A stretch of DNA of 64,000 nucleotides from Nitrospinales bacterium (GTDB taxonomy: Bacteria; Nitrospinota; Nitrospinia; Nitrospinales; VA-1), in contig CBDCWG010000012.1 of the NCBI GenBank assembly GCA_965223345.1, positions 2,432,001 to 2,496,000 of the forward strand. The letters are read 5' to 3'. Position 1 is the stretch's first letter. Every line of letters starts with the position of its first letter. The notes below the pieces were generated by a model. It was given only the letters and a program-made list of their open reading frames with translations, ran no database searches and had not been told where the DNA came from. Shown here in pieces: positions 1 to 8,962 of this stretch. A program made the position numbers and the translations under genes.

Positions 1-1
1 G

Positions 2-2716
2 GATGGGCAAGCTCCTGTTGAAGTTGGAAGCCGCAAGGTGATCCCGGAAGATGTTTGGCGACTGCACGTGCTTTTTGGTTTCGAGGAATTGCCGCTGTCC
101 CTTTTGGAATGGGAGTTGAGCGGTGGTGGCGCGACAAAACGGTTTCGGCAGGATCTTCCCGGGGAATCTCAAAAACGGATCATTGAACGAACCCTCAAAG
201 AACATAAGTCGTATCGGGAGAATCCGGAAGAGGCCTGCCTGACGAATCTGTGGGAGAGTGTGCTGGCCATCTTCGGGCTGTCTGATAATTCTGCTTCATC
301 GCAAAACCCTGAGTATTCGCAACCATCTGCGCGCATTTCCTTGCCGCCTCAACGGACCCTCAGCGACTGGATCGATGATTTGACTGAAGGCGAGGTGGTC
401 GAGCAAATCAATGATCAACTCATCAAATGGGTGACGGCGTTCCTCGATGAAGGGTTGGCTGGCTGGGAAATGCCTGGCCGAAGAGAAGGTTTCTACCAGG
501 TGTGGCGGAACCTGGCGCAGAAAGATTTTTCGGGGAAGTTTCTCGGGATTGCCGGTTTCGCCCAAAAGGTTCGCAGCCTTCCTGAAGCTCCAGAGGACGC
601 GATCCGTTCCAGCCTGCAGCAGCTCGAAATTCCCCAGGAACAATGGAAGGATTATCTCTCGAGGCAACTGTCCTCATTGCCAGGCTGGACGCGATACATA
701 CGGTGGCTTGGGGAACACCCGTCCTACCATGCGCAACACAAGCACCCCATCGATACCACCCAGTATCTGGCTGTACGTTTGTTCTATGAAGTGGAGTTGG
801 CCCACATCAAGTGCCAGCAAGAATGGGGAATCGACGGGACGGTTTCCGCCCTGACCGCCTACTGGAATGATCGGCCCGAAGAATACCACCGGCAAACCGG
901 GCGTGCAGGGCAATCTGATGATCCAGCCAAACAGGCAGTGTGTCAACATGCCTGGCGGTTGTTCCACTTGGCGCAGTTTCTTGAGTTGTCTCCTGGAGAC
1001 GTTCGCGATCTCTCGCTCGCGGATGCCCGGAAGTTGCTGCAATGGCTGGATCGTTTTCCTTCCGATCAGCATGGACGGGTGTGGATTGAGGCGTACGAAG
1101 AGTCCTTTCGAGAGAAGATGCTGAGAAATATTTCAGCCCATCGTGGAACGGTGCCCGAACTGGAAACGCGTCCGCATGCACAACTGGTCTTCTGTATAGA
1201 CGTGCGTTCTGAATCTTTCCGCCGCCAGATCGAAGCCCGGGGTTCCTATGAGACCTTCGGGTTTGCAGGGTTTTTTGGCATTCCACTCAGTCATCAGGAT
1301 TTCGATTGTGATCAACGTACCTTTTTGTGTCCGGTGTTGTTGACTCCCGACCATGCGGTTACGGAAACACCGCGGCCGGGAGAAAGCGCGGCGTTGGAAA
1401 AATATGCTTCCGGTACTCGCTGGCAGCTTCTGGGGCGCCATCTTTTTCACGATCTGAAGCATCATCCTGTCGGGTCGATGATGGTGATCGATGTGCTGGG
1501 GTTTTTTTTCAGTCTGGGGCTGGTGGGCAAGACTTTGTTCCAAAAAACATTCCGTTCAATCACTTCTGCTGTTCAGGGCTGGTTGACGCACCGGGTTCCA
1601 ACCCGGATCGCAATAGCCACGCCATCGGACCCTGAAAATCCTAAGGCCGGAGAAGTGAATGCGGATGGGATTCCTGACGGGCTTTCCCGGGGATTCTCTC
1701 TTTCGGAACGGGCGGCATTTATCGAGAATGGTTTGAGGGCTATGGGGCTCACCCAAAATTTTGCGCGGTTGGTGTGCCTTTGCGGTCACGGGAGTGAGAC
1801 GGACAACAACCCCTATTACGGGGCATTGGATTGCGGGGCTTGCGGGGGAAGACCGGGCGATGCCAATGCGCGGGTATTTGCCGCCATGGCGAATGAACCT
1901 GAAGTTCGCCGCATTCTCAAGGAAAATGGATTGCCGATTCCCGATGACACCTGGTTTCTTCCGGGGAAACACAACACGACGACGGATCGGGTCACGTTTT
2001 ACGATCTGGAGGAGTTGCCGGATTCGCATAAGGAAGATTTACGGGCGTTGAACAGGGATCTCGAAAAAGCGGGTGCGAAGCAAGCGCTTGAGCGATGCCA
2101 TCGCATTCCCCGTGCTCCGGCTGAAATCTCTCCAGAACAGGCTTTTGCTCATGTGGATGAACGCAGTTGCGATTGGGCGAATACCCGGCCGGAATGGGGA
2201 TTGGCGGGCAATGGAGCGTTTATCATTGGAAGGCGGAAACTGACCAAAGGATTGGATCTGGGCGGCCGGGCTTTTTTGCATTCTTACGATCCGATTGCGG
2301 ATCCTCAAGGCGCCATCCTCGAAAAAATCATGACCGCACCCTTGATTGTCGGCGAGTGGATCAGTACGGGTTATTATTTTTCTGCGGTGGATCCATGGGC
2401 GTATGGAAGCGGGAGTAAGGTGCTGCACAATGTCGTCGGGGGGGTCGGGATGATGCTGGGAAGCCAAAGCGATTTGCAAATGGGATTCCCCTTGCAAACC
2501 GTCAATAACGGCGACACGCACTATCATGAACCGATGCGTCTCCTGGCGATGATCGAACAGACGCCGGGTGTGATCTCATCTGTCATTGAAAAACACTCGA
2601 TCCTGCAACAGTTGTTTCATAACCAATGGCTCAATCTTGTTGCCCTGGATCCCCATACAGGTGAGATTCATCGGTACAATCCGGATGCGACGTGGGAAAC
2701 GGTTGCTGTTTCCTGA
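2..2716 (+). CDS. dabA: DabA / DUF2309 (UPF0753) inorganic carbon transporter subunit, beta-carbonic-anhydrase-like; 5' end runs off the window
   Basis: Zn-ligand motifs VFCIDVRSE, CGHGS and LDCGACGG, plus RPEWGLAGN, FLHSYD and HEPMRL. The frame is open from position 2, upstream of the tracked GTG at 38. Confidence 0.92.
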   Translation, partial: DGQAPVEVGSRKVIPEDVWRLHVLFGFEELPLSLLEWELSGGGATKRFRQDLPGESQKRIIERTLKEHKSYRENPEEACLTNLWESVLAIFGLSDNSASSQNPEYSQPSARISLPPQRTLSDWIDDLTEGEVVEQINDQLIKWVTAFLDEGLAGWEMPGRREGFYQVWRNLAQKDFSGKFLGIAGFAQKVRSLPEAPEDAIRSSLQQLEIPQEQWKDYLSRQLSSLPGWTRYIRWLGEHPSYHAQHKHPIDTTQYLAVRLFYEVELAHIKCQQEWGIDGTVSALTAYWNDRPEEYHRQTGRAGQSDDPAKQAVCQHAWRLFHLAQFLELSPGDVRDLSLADARKLLQWLDRFPSDQHGRVWIEAYEESFREKMLRNISAHRGTVPELETRPHAQLVFCIDVRSESFRRQIEARGSYETFGFAGFFGIPLSHQDFDCDQRTFLCPVLLTPDHAVTETPRPGESAALEKYASGTRWQLLGRHLFHDLKHHPVGSMMVIDVLGFFFSLGLVGKTLFQKTFRSITSAVQGWLTHRVPTRIAIATPSDPENPKAGEVNADGIPDGLSRGFSLSERAAFIENGLRAMGLTQNFARLVCLCGHGSETDNNPYYGALDCGACGGRPGDANARVFAAMANEPEVRRILKENGLPIPDDTWFLPGKHNTTTDRVTFYDLEELPDSHKEDLRALNRDLEKAGAKQALERCHRIPRAPAEISPEQAFAHVDERSCDWANTRPEWGLAGNGAFIIGRRKLTKGLDLGGRAFLHSYDPIADPQGAILEKIMTAPLIVGEWISTGYYFSAVDPWAYGSGSKVLHNVVGGVGMMLGSQSDLQMGFPLQTVNNGDTHYHEPMRLLAMIEQTPGVISSVIEKHSILQQLFHNQWLNLVALDPHTGEIHRYNPDATWETVAVS

Positions 2717-2849
2717 TCGTGCATTCATTGAATACAGGCGCTTGGACTTTTATAGGAATACGGGTGTTTCATTATAAGTTTACGGCTGATTTTTGAGGAA
2801 TCATCGAAAATGCTGAGGCTCTGAAGTCATACCCGTAGTTGAAAATTTT

Positions 2850-3356
2850 ATGGCAACTCAATCAAGGCCCCTATCGCCAGCACTCTTTTTTTTGAAAACC
2901 ATGGCGCTGTTTGTGTTTTGGGTTTGTTTGTCTGCCAGTTTTGAATGGATTCATCTTGGTTTGGGGCTTGTTTTTTCCTTTGCCGTGGCCTGGATCAACT
3001 CCGACCATTCACCGTTTGTTCCGAAGGTTCGTTTGTGGTTCAAAATCCTGCTTTACCTTCCCTGGCTTTTTTATAAAATCATTCAAAGCAGCCTGCATTT
3101 GTCCAGGCTCATTCTGCACCCCGCGCTTCCCATTGCTCCTCAGTTGATCTCTGTCGAATCAAAACTGCATCACCATGCTGCCGTTGTTCTTTTCGGTAAT
3201 TCCATTACGTTGACCCCTGGAACCATTACCGCGGAGGTGGACCGTAATAAACTCATTGTTCACGCAATCGATAACGTTTCAAGGGACGATATTGCAAGCA
3301 GGGATATGGAAATGAAAATTGCTGATATTTTTAAGGACGAAGATCCGGATTTATGA
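2850..3356 (+). CDS. mrpE: Na+/H+ antiporter subunit E (MrpE/MnhE)
   Basis: Hydrophobic N-terminus, NSITLTPGT motif and LIVHAID. Confidence 0.9.
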   Translation: MATQSRPLSPALFFLKTMALFVFWVCLSASFEWIHLGLGLVFSFAVAWINSDHSPFVPKVRLWFKILLYLPWLFYKIIQSSLHLSRLILHPALPIAPQLISVESKLHHHAAVVLFGNSITLTPGTITAEVDRNKLIVHAIDNVSRDDIASRDMEMKIADIFKDEDPDL

Positions 3357-3619
3357 AAACTTTTCTTTTCTGCGTTCTGGTGTTGCTGGTTTTTCTCATT
3401 GGCGCGTATCTGTACCGTGTCCTGCAGGGTCCCACCATTTTTGATCGTGTGTTGGGCCTCAATGGCATTTCCACCAAGGCCATTATTTTGCTTATTGTCA
3501 TTGGACTTTATTTTGAACGCGTGGATATGTTTGTTGATATCTCGACCGGGTATGCCCTGCTGAATTCAGTCGGAGCGCTCGCCGTGGCCAAATATCTGGA
3601 GCAAAAGGGACTTCCTTAA
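3353..3619 (+). CDS. mrpF: Na+/H+ antiporter subunit F (MrpF)
   Basis: 88 aa, 3 TM, GPTIFDRV motif, ATGA overlap with mrpE. Confidence 0.9.
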   Translation: MKTFLFCVLVLLVFLIGAYLYRVLQGPTIFDRVLGLNGISTKAIILLIVIGLYFERVDMFVDISTGYALLNSVGALAVAKYLEQKGLP

Positions 3620-3620
3620 C

Positions 3621-3920
3621 ATGGACATACTTTCCATTGTTTTCATCGTAGCGGGGCTGTTTTTTCTGATCGTTGCCGCGATTGGCGTGATTCGACTGCC
3701 CGATGTGTTCAGCCGTTCTCACGCCGTATCACTGACAGACTCCTTGGGGGCTTTATTGATGTTGGTGGGAATCGCCCTGCATGAGGGGCTGGGTAAAAAT
3801 ATGCTGAAAATTCTGGTGGTGCTGGCCTTGCTGTATATTCTGAATCCAGTCATAGCGCATGCCACCGTTCGCGCAGCTCTCCGGTCCGGCTTGAAACCCT
3901 GGAAGAAGGAAACATCATGA
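3621..3920 (+). CDS. mrpG: Na+/H+ antiporter subunit G (MrpG)
   Basis: GVIRLPDVFSRSHA motif and PVIAHA, 99 aa. Confidence 0.9.
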   Translation: MDILSIVFIVAGLFFLIVAAIGVIRLPDVFSRSHAVSLTDSLGALLMLVGIALHEGLGKNMLKILVVLALLYILNPVIAHATVRAALRSGLKPWKKETS

Positions 3921-4444
3921 TCATTGCCTATGAAATTCCTTTACTCCTTCTTCTGCTCGTCACCGCCGCCGGCGCCATCCTGGTTAAGGATTTGATGAGT
4001 GCCGTCCTGCTCCTGGGTTCTTATAGTTTTTGCCTGGCGCTGGTATGGGCATGGCTCGGGGCTGTGGATGTCGCCTTCGTGGAAGCCGTCGTGGGAGCCG
4101 GGTTGGCGACGGTTCTGTTTCTATTGACTCTATTCGGGACTGCTGCCAAAGACACACGGCTTCGGCGGCCGCCTCCTTCTCTGGTGACGTTGATCGGTTT
4201 TCCTCTCTTGGGAGTGCTTCTGCTCTATGCCGCGAGCGATCTTCCTGGATATGGGGACCCGAATTCTCCGGCGAATGTTCATATTTCGCCGGCCTATATC
4301 GAGCAGAGCTATAAGGATACCCACACGCCGAATGTAGTGACTTCGGTGCTGATGGACTATCGCTCGCTGGATACGATGATCGAAACCGTGGTGATTTTTG
4401 CGTCGGGCATCGCTTGTGCTTTGCTGCTCAGGAGACAACCCTAA
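3917..4444 (+). CDS. DUF4040 / MrpA C-terminal part (MbhD+E-like) membrane subunit
   Basis: AVDVAFVEAVVGAG (DUF4040-type) and PNVVTSVLMDYRSLDTMIE (MrpA C-terminal/MbhE-type) motifs. Confidence 0.85.
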   Translation: MIIAYEIPLLLLLLVTAAGAILVKDLMSAVLLLGSYSFCLALVWAWLGAVDVAFVEAVVGAGLATVLFLLTLFGTAAKDTRLRRPPPSLVTLIGFPLLGVLLLYAASDLPGYGDPNSPANVHISPAYIEQSYKDTHTPNVVTSVLMDYRSLDTMIETVVIFASGIACALLLRRQP

Positions 4445-4896
4445 TGATACGCCCACACGAAAGCATGATCGTACAGGCCTTAGGCGACATTCTCATCCCG
4501 ATGGTCCAGATTTTTGGCTTGTATGTGTTGTTCTTTGGGCAATACGGACCCGGGGGAGGCTTTGTGGGCGGGGTGATTCTGGGCACGGGGATGATCGTGT
4601 CGATTTTGATTTTCGGTCACGACGCTTCCCGGTCTGATTTTGCCAAAACGGTTCTGCATGGCGATGGGGTCGGAATGCTGATCTATGCGGGGGTGGGTGG
4701 CTTGTGCATGATTGGCGGTGGAGAATTCCTCAATTATGCGGATTTGGACATCCCGGGTCTGGAACCTGCTTCTAGACGATTTCTGGGGATCCTGCTCACG
4801 CAAATCGGTGTGGCGGTCGATGTTGCGGTGACCGCCGTTTCTATTGTGTTCAGCTTGTCTGCTGAGGAGATTATCGAGGATTCAATCAATGGTTGA
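4444..4896 (+). CDS. mrpB: Na+/H+ antiporter subunit B (MrpB/MnhB)
   Basis: GQYGPGGGFVGG motif; ATG at 4444 overlaps the upstream TAA. Confidence 0.85.
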   Translation: MIRPHESMIVQALGDILIPMVQIFGLYVLFFGQYGPGGGFVGGVILGTGMIVSILIFGHDASRSDFAKTVLHGDGVGMLIYAGVGGLCMIGGGEFLNYADLDIPGLEPASRRFLGILLTQIGVAVDVAVTAVSIVFSLSAEEIIEDSING

Positions 4897-5266
4897 TGTG
4901 TTTTTCGCGGTTATTCAGCGGCCCAACTTTTTGACCTTTGTCATCCTGTTTCTGTGGGGCTTTTACATCATGGTCACGCGATACAATCTCGTGAAGAAAC
5001 TCATCGGGATGTATCTGGTGCAAACCAGCGTGATTTATTTTCTGGTGTCCATCAGTGCGAAGAAGGGCGCGACGGTTCCCGTGCTCCTGTCAACCACGGA
5101 GCCGGTGCAGGCGGCCAGCTACGCGAATCCGTTGCCTCATGTCTTGACGCTGACCGCTATTGTGGTCGGCGTGGCGACCCTGGGCGTGGGGTTGGCTCTG
5201 TGCGCGGCGATCTATCGAGAATATGGGAGCCTTGACGAACAAGAAATTCTTGAAAAACTAGAATGA
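4889..5266 (+). CDS. mrpC: Na+/H+ antiporter subunit C (MrpC, NuoK-like)
   Basis: NLVKKLIG and NPLPHVLTLTAIVVG motifs; ATG at 4889. Confidence 0.9.
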   Translation: MVDVFFAVIQRPNFLTFVILFLWGFYIMVTRYNLVKKLIGMYLVQTSVIYFLVSISAKKGATVPVLLSTTEPVQAASYANPLPHVLTLTAIVVGVATLGVGLALCAAIYREYGSLDEQEILEKLE

Positions 5267-6732
5267 GTCACCAACTTCCCGCAATCGTATTCCTTCTCCC
5301 ATTGTTTGCCGCTATTTCCATGCCCGTGATTTGTCTGAAACACCGTCATTGGAGCCAGCCGATTTCCGTGGCGATTCTCGTGGCTATGGTGGTGGTCTCT
5401 GTTTTGAATCTCTATAACGTGATTCAGTATGGAGAAGTGCGGTATGAGTTCAGCGGGTGGACTGCGCCCCTCGGCATTGAGTGGGTGGCCGATGGATTGG
5501 CGAGTGTCATCCTGGTGTTGTTGAGTGTCCTGGGTTTGCTGGGCGTGGTGTTCACCGGACCCACTTCCCCAAAGGCTCTCGGTCGCCGCATCGTTCATTA
5601 TTACACCTTGATTTTGTTGTTGGTGTCCGCCTTTACCGGCATTGTATTCGCCCGGGACTTGTTCAATTTGTTCGTGTTTTTTGAAGTGGCTGCGATCTCG
5701 AGTTACGCCCTGGTTGGTTTCGCCGGCGGCAGAGCGCTGTTTGCAGCCTTTCGCTATCTTATATTGGGGACCCTCGGTTCTTTTCTTTACCTTTTAGGGG
5801 TGAGCTATCTCTATGCGGTCTGCGGCACGCTGAATATGGCGGATATCGCCGAAAAACTTCCCTTTTTGCTGGGCTCCAAAGCTCTGCTAGGGGGACTTCT
5901 TTTCATGTTTATCGGCCTGGCGATCAAGATGGCCCTGGTGCCGTTTCATGCCTGGTTGCCCGAGGCCTATACCTATGCCCATGAGTCCATTGCCCCGATC
6001 CTGGCTTCACTGGTCACCAAACTGGCGTTGCTGGTGTGGGTCCGAATCATCTATTGGGTCTTTAATGCGTCCGTTGATATTTATAATATTCCGATTTTGC
6101 AACTGGTGGAAGTCATTGGAGCCTTGGCCGCGGTCATAGGCGCCAGTCTGGCCCTGGCCCAGCGGGACATTAAAATGATATTCGCGTATGGCGGGATTTC
6201 GCATATCGGCATCATTCTTATTGGAATCGGCCAGGGAAACCAAACCGGGTATGTCGGTGGCGTGTTTTATTTATTGAACGACGCCGTTATGCAGGCTGGC
6301 TTGTTTTTTTTAGCGGGTGTGGCGTTTTGTCATTATGGGGTCAGAACGATTGAAGACATGGGGCACGTCGGGAAACAAGCCCCATGGCTCACCGGGTCTT
6401 TGATTGTTGTGGCCCTGGGCATGATTGGCCTGCCGCCGACGGGCGGGTTTTTTGGCAAATGGTACATCATTCTTGGAGCGCTGGAAGCTGGCAATTATAT
6501 TTCGGTCGTTGCGGTGGTGCTCTCCACGCTCCTCACGCTTGCCTATTTCGTCAAGCTGTTTGAGGCCATTTCCCGCCAACCCTCGACCGGATTGGACGTC
6601 CAGACCAGTATCATTCCCTTCCCATTCAAGCTGACTCTGGGAGTCACGTCCGCAGCGATCATGATTCTTGGTTTGCTCAGTTCTCCCATTATTCAACTGT
6701 TGTTGAGCCAGGCTCTGCCACCGCGTCTCTGA
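5263..6732 (+). CDS. mrpD: Na+/H+ antiporter subunit D (MrpD, antiporter-like subunit)
   Basis: GWTAPLGIE, DLFNLFVFFEV, KMALVPFHAWLPEAY and GLPPTGGFFGKW motifs. Confidence 0.9.
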   Translation: MSHQLPAIVFLLPLFAAISMPVICLKHRHWSQPISVAILVAMVVVSVLNLYNVIQYGEVRYEFSGWTAPLGIEWVADGLASVILVLLSVLGLLGVVFTGPTSPKALGRRIVHYYTLILLLVSAFTGIVFARDLFNLFVFFEVAAISSYALVGFAGGRALFAAFRYLILGTLGSFLYLLGVSYLYAVCGTLNMADIAEKLPFLLGSKALLGGLLFMFIGLAIKMALVPFHAWLPEAYTYAHESIAPILASLVTKLALLVWVRIIYWVFNASVDIYNIPILQLVEVIGALAAVIGASLALAQRDIKMIFAYGGISHIGIILIGIGQGNQTGYVGGVFYLLNDAVMQAGLFFLAGVAFCHYGVRTIEDMGHVGKQAPWLTGSLIVVALGMIGLPPTGGFFGKWYIILGALEAGNYISVVAVVLSTLLTLAYFVKLFEAISRQPSTGLDVQTSIIPFPFKLTLGVTSAAIMILGLLSSPIIQLLLSQALPPRL

Positions 6733-6740
6733 GGGAAATC

Positions 6741-8843
6741 ATGGCCATTTTCGCCCTCATTCCTTTGCTCCCCCTCCTGGCTTCTCTCATTCTTCTGCTT
6801 GGGGGACGCCGTTGGGGCGAGAACGGTCACCGGATCGGGATTCCCGCCATCGGCCTGTCCTTTCTGTTATCCGTCGCCGCTTTCGTTGAAGTGTTGAGAA
6901 ATGGACCCTTCACCCTTTCTCTTTATCGCCTGTTTCAATCGGGTTCTTTGATCATTGATTTGACGCTGTACGTGGACCCGCTGACGGTTCTGCTCTTGCT
7001 CCTGGTGACAGGAGTGAGCGGGGTGGTGCATGTGTATTCCTCTCGCTACATGATCGGGGAGTCGCGCTACAATCGTTTTTTCGCCGTCATTGCCTTGTTT
7101 ACGTTTTCCATGATTCTGCTGGTCATGAGCGGCAACCTTCTGATTTTGCTGATCAATTGGGAAGTCATGGGGATCTGTTCCTATTTGCTGATTTCTCACG
7201 CAGCGGAACGAACTTCCGCGTCCCGGGCAGCCACCAAGGCTTTTCTCGTTAATGCGATCGCGGATGTCGGATTGAGTTTTGGCATCATTCTGACCTTTTA
7301 TACCTTCGGCACACTCGATATCCAGACGATTCTCAGCCAGGCTGAAGGCATGCAGGACCATACCATCAATATCCTGGCGTGGACGGGCCTGGATCTTCAT
7401 ATCTACCCTGTGACGCTGATTCCCTTCCTGCTCTTCATCGGGGCGATGGGAAAATCGGCGCAAATACCGTTCCATGTGTGGTTGCCCTTTGCGATGGAAG
7501 CGCCGACTCCGGTGTCGGCGCTCATTCATGCAGCTACCATGGTGAATGCAGGGCCTTTTTTGCTGGTGCGATTGAGTCCGCTGATCATGCTTTCTCCGTT
7601 CGCCATGACGTTCATTTTCTTCATTGGCGCCGCTACCGCGGTGTTTGCCGGGATCGTTTCTTTGACTCAATCGGACATCAAAAAGATTCTGGCCTATTCC
7701 ACAATCAGTCAAATCGGGTTCATGGTCATGGCCTGTGGTTTGGGCGCGTTTGCGGTCGCGATTTTCCATCTTCTCGCGCACGGATGCTACAAAGCGTTCT
7801 TTTTTCTGTCCACCGGCAATGCGTTGCGATCCGTGGAGCAGGACCTCGGGCATGCTCATCCTGAACACCCTGTCTCTGAGGGCATGGGGGTTTTGTATGG
7901 CGGGGCCTTGTTGCTGGCGTTGCTGCCGCCGCTGGTGCTGTTTTCCGGGTCGTATGAATATCTGTGGGGCGTTACCGGATTTGCTTCTGCAACGATCGGG
8001 TTCAAAATCATTGGCCTGATCACGGTGTTTGTGGCTGCTCAATATCTTTTCAAAGGCGTCACCTCGCTTTTTGCTCACGGTCCAAAGACGTACTGGCCCG
8101 CTTCCGGACAGCAGGGTCAGGAGACGCATTCTGTGCGGCCGCAGCTTTTAAACGGCTCCATTTTAACGGGTCTTTTTCTGGCTACGGTGATTGCAGGTGG
8201 GCTGTTGACTCTGTTTTGGAGCGGGTTCGCCAACTTTCTGGCTCCGGCTTTGACCTTGTCAGAAGTCCCGTTGGGCGAAGGCGCCGCCGGGCCGGGCTTT
8301 TCTTTCTGGCTAGTGGTGGCTCTCGGTGTGGCCGTCGCCGGGTGGGCCTATGCCTACTCAACGCAGATTCGACCTCAACATCGGGTCTCCAGAGCCAGCG
8401 AGAGAAGCGATCGGCTGTATGTCCTGTTCTGGAATAAAGGGTATTTCGATGAGATCTATAATGCCTATCTGGTCACCCCGACCATTCGCATCGCACACTG
8501 GTTGTGGCGAAATATCGATATTAGGATCATAGACCGTTTCGTCAATTCTATCGCAACTTATACGGTGCATTTAGCAAGGTGGTTGTGGCGATTTGTTGAT
8601 ATCAGGCTTGTGGATCGTTTCATCTATCATATAGCGACTTATTCCGTTAACTTAGCCGGGTGGTTGTTTCGAGTTGTCGATGTTCGCTGGTTGGAGCGGA
8701 AAGTCGGAAAAGTAGCGGGGCAGGTAAACGCTGCGGGGAAATTGCTGCAGGGGGTGGAATCCCGTACCATCCAGCATCAATTATTGGTGATGGTGTTTTG
8801 GTTGGGGGCGATGACGGGACTGTTGTATTTCCTGGTTCAATGA
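6741..8843 (+). CDS. nuoL: NuoL/MrpA/DabB-family proton-translocating subunit with extended C-terminal lateral helix
   Basis: WEVMGICSYLLI, GKSAQIPFHVWLPFAMEAPTPVSALIHAATMV, DIKKILAYST, HLLAHGCYKA and KGYFDEIY motifs. Confidence 0.85.
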   Translation: MAIFALIPLLPLLASLILLLGGRRWGENGHRIGIPAIGLSFLLSVAAFVEVLRNGPFTLSLYRLFQSGSLIIDLTLYVDPLTVLLLLLVTGVSGVVHVYSSRYMIGESRYNRFFAVIALFTFSMILLVMSGNLLILLINWEVMGICSYLLISHAAERTSASRAATKAFLVNAIADVGLSFGIILTFYTFGTLDIQTILSQAEGMQDHTINILAWTGLDLHIYPVTLIPFLLFIGAMGKSAQIPFHVWLPFAMEAPTPVSALIHAATMVNAGPFLLVRLSPLIMLSPFAMTFIFFIGAATAVFAGIVSLTQSDIKKILAYSTISQIGFMVMACGLGAFAVAIFHLLAHGCYKAFFFLSTGNALRSVEQDLGHAHPEHPVSEGMGVLYGGALLLALLPPLVLFSGSYEYLWGVTGFASATIGFKIIGLITVFVAAQYLFKGVTSLFAHGPKTYWPASGQQGQETHSVRPQLLNGSILTGLFLATVIAGGLLTLFWSGFANFLAPALTLSEVPLGEGAAGPGFSFWLVVALGVAVAGWAYAYSTQIRPQHRVSRASERSDRLYVLFWNKGYFDEIYNAYLVTPTIRIAHWLWRNIDIRIIDRFVNSIATYTVHLARWLWRFVDIRLVDRFIYHIATYSVNLAGWLFRVVDVRWLERKVGKVAGQVNAAGKLLQGVESRTIQHQLLVMVFWLGAMTGLLYFLVQ
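8490..8732 (+). repeat. Three in-frame tandem 81-nt (27-aa) repeats in the NuoL lateral helix
   Basis: Units start at 8490, 8571 and 8652: IAHWLWRNIDIRIIDRFVNSIATYTVH / LARWLWRFVDIRLVDRFIYHIATYSVN / LAGWLFRVVDVRWLERKVGKVAGQVNA. Confidence 0.92.
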
Positions 8844-8962
8844 GTTCCCAATTTGTATCCTTCATTTTAAAAAAATCTGGTTGAGAATGGCTCTGGATGA
8901 TTATTCTCAGGCTAACTTGACAGGCGGGATTTTGTTTCTCTCATAGCAAGGGGAGTTCTTCA

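Noticed and set aside
8917..8928. TTGACAGGCGGG identical to 43459-43470, and a nearby TGAGAAT-N15-ATTCTCA inverted repeat
   Set aside because: There is no good -10 element at proper spacing, and a single 12-mer match is too weak to call a shared regulon.
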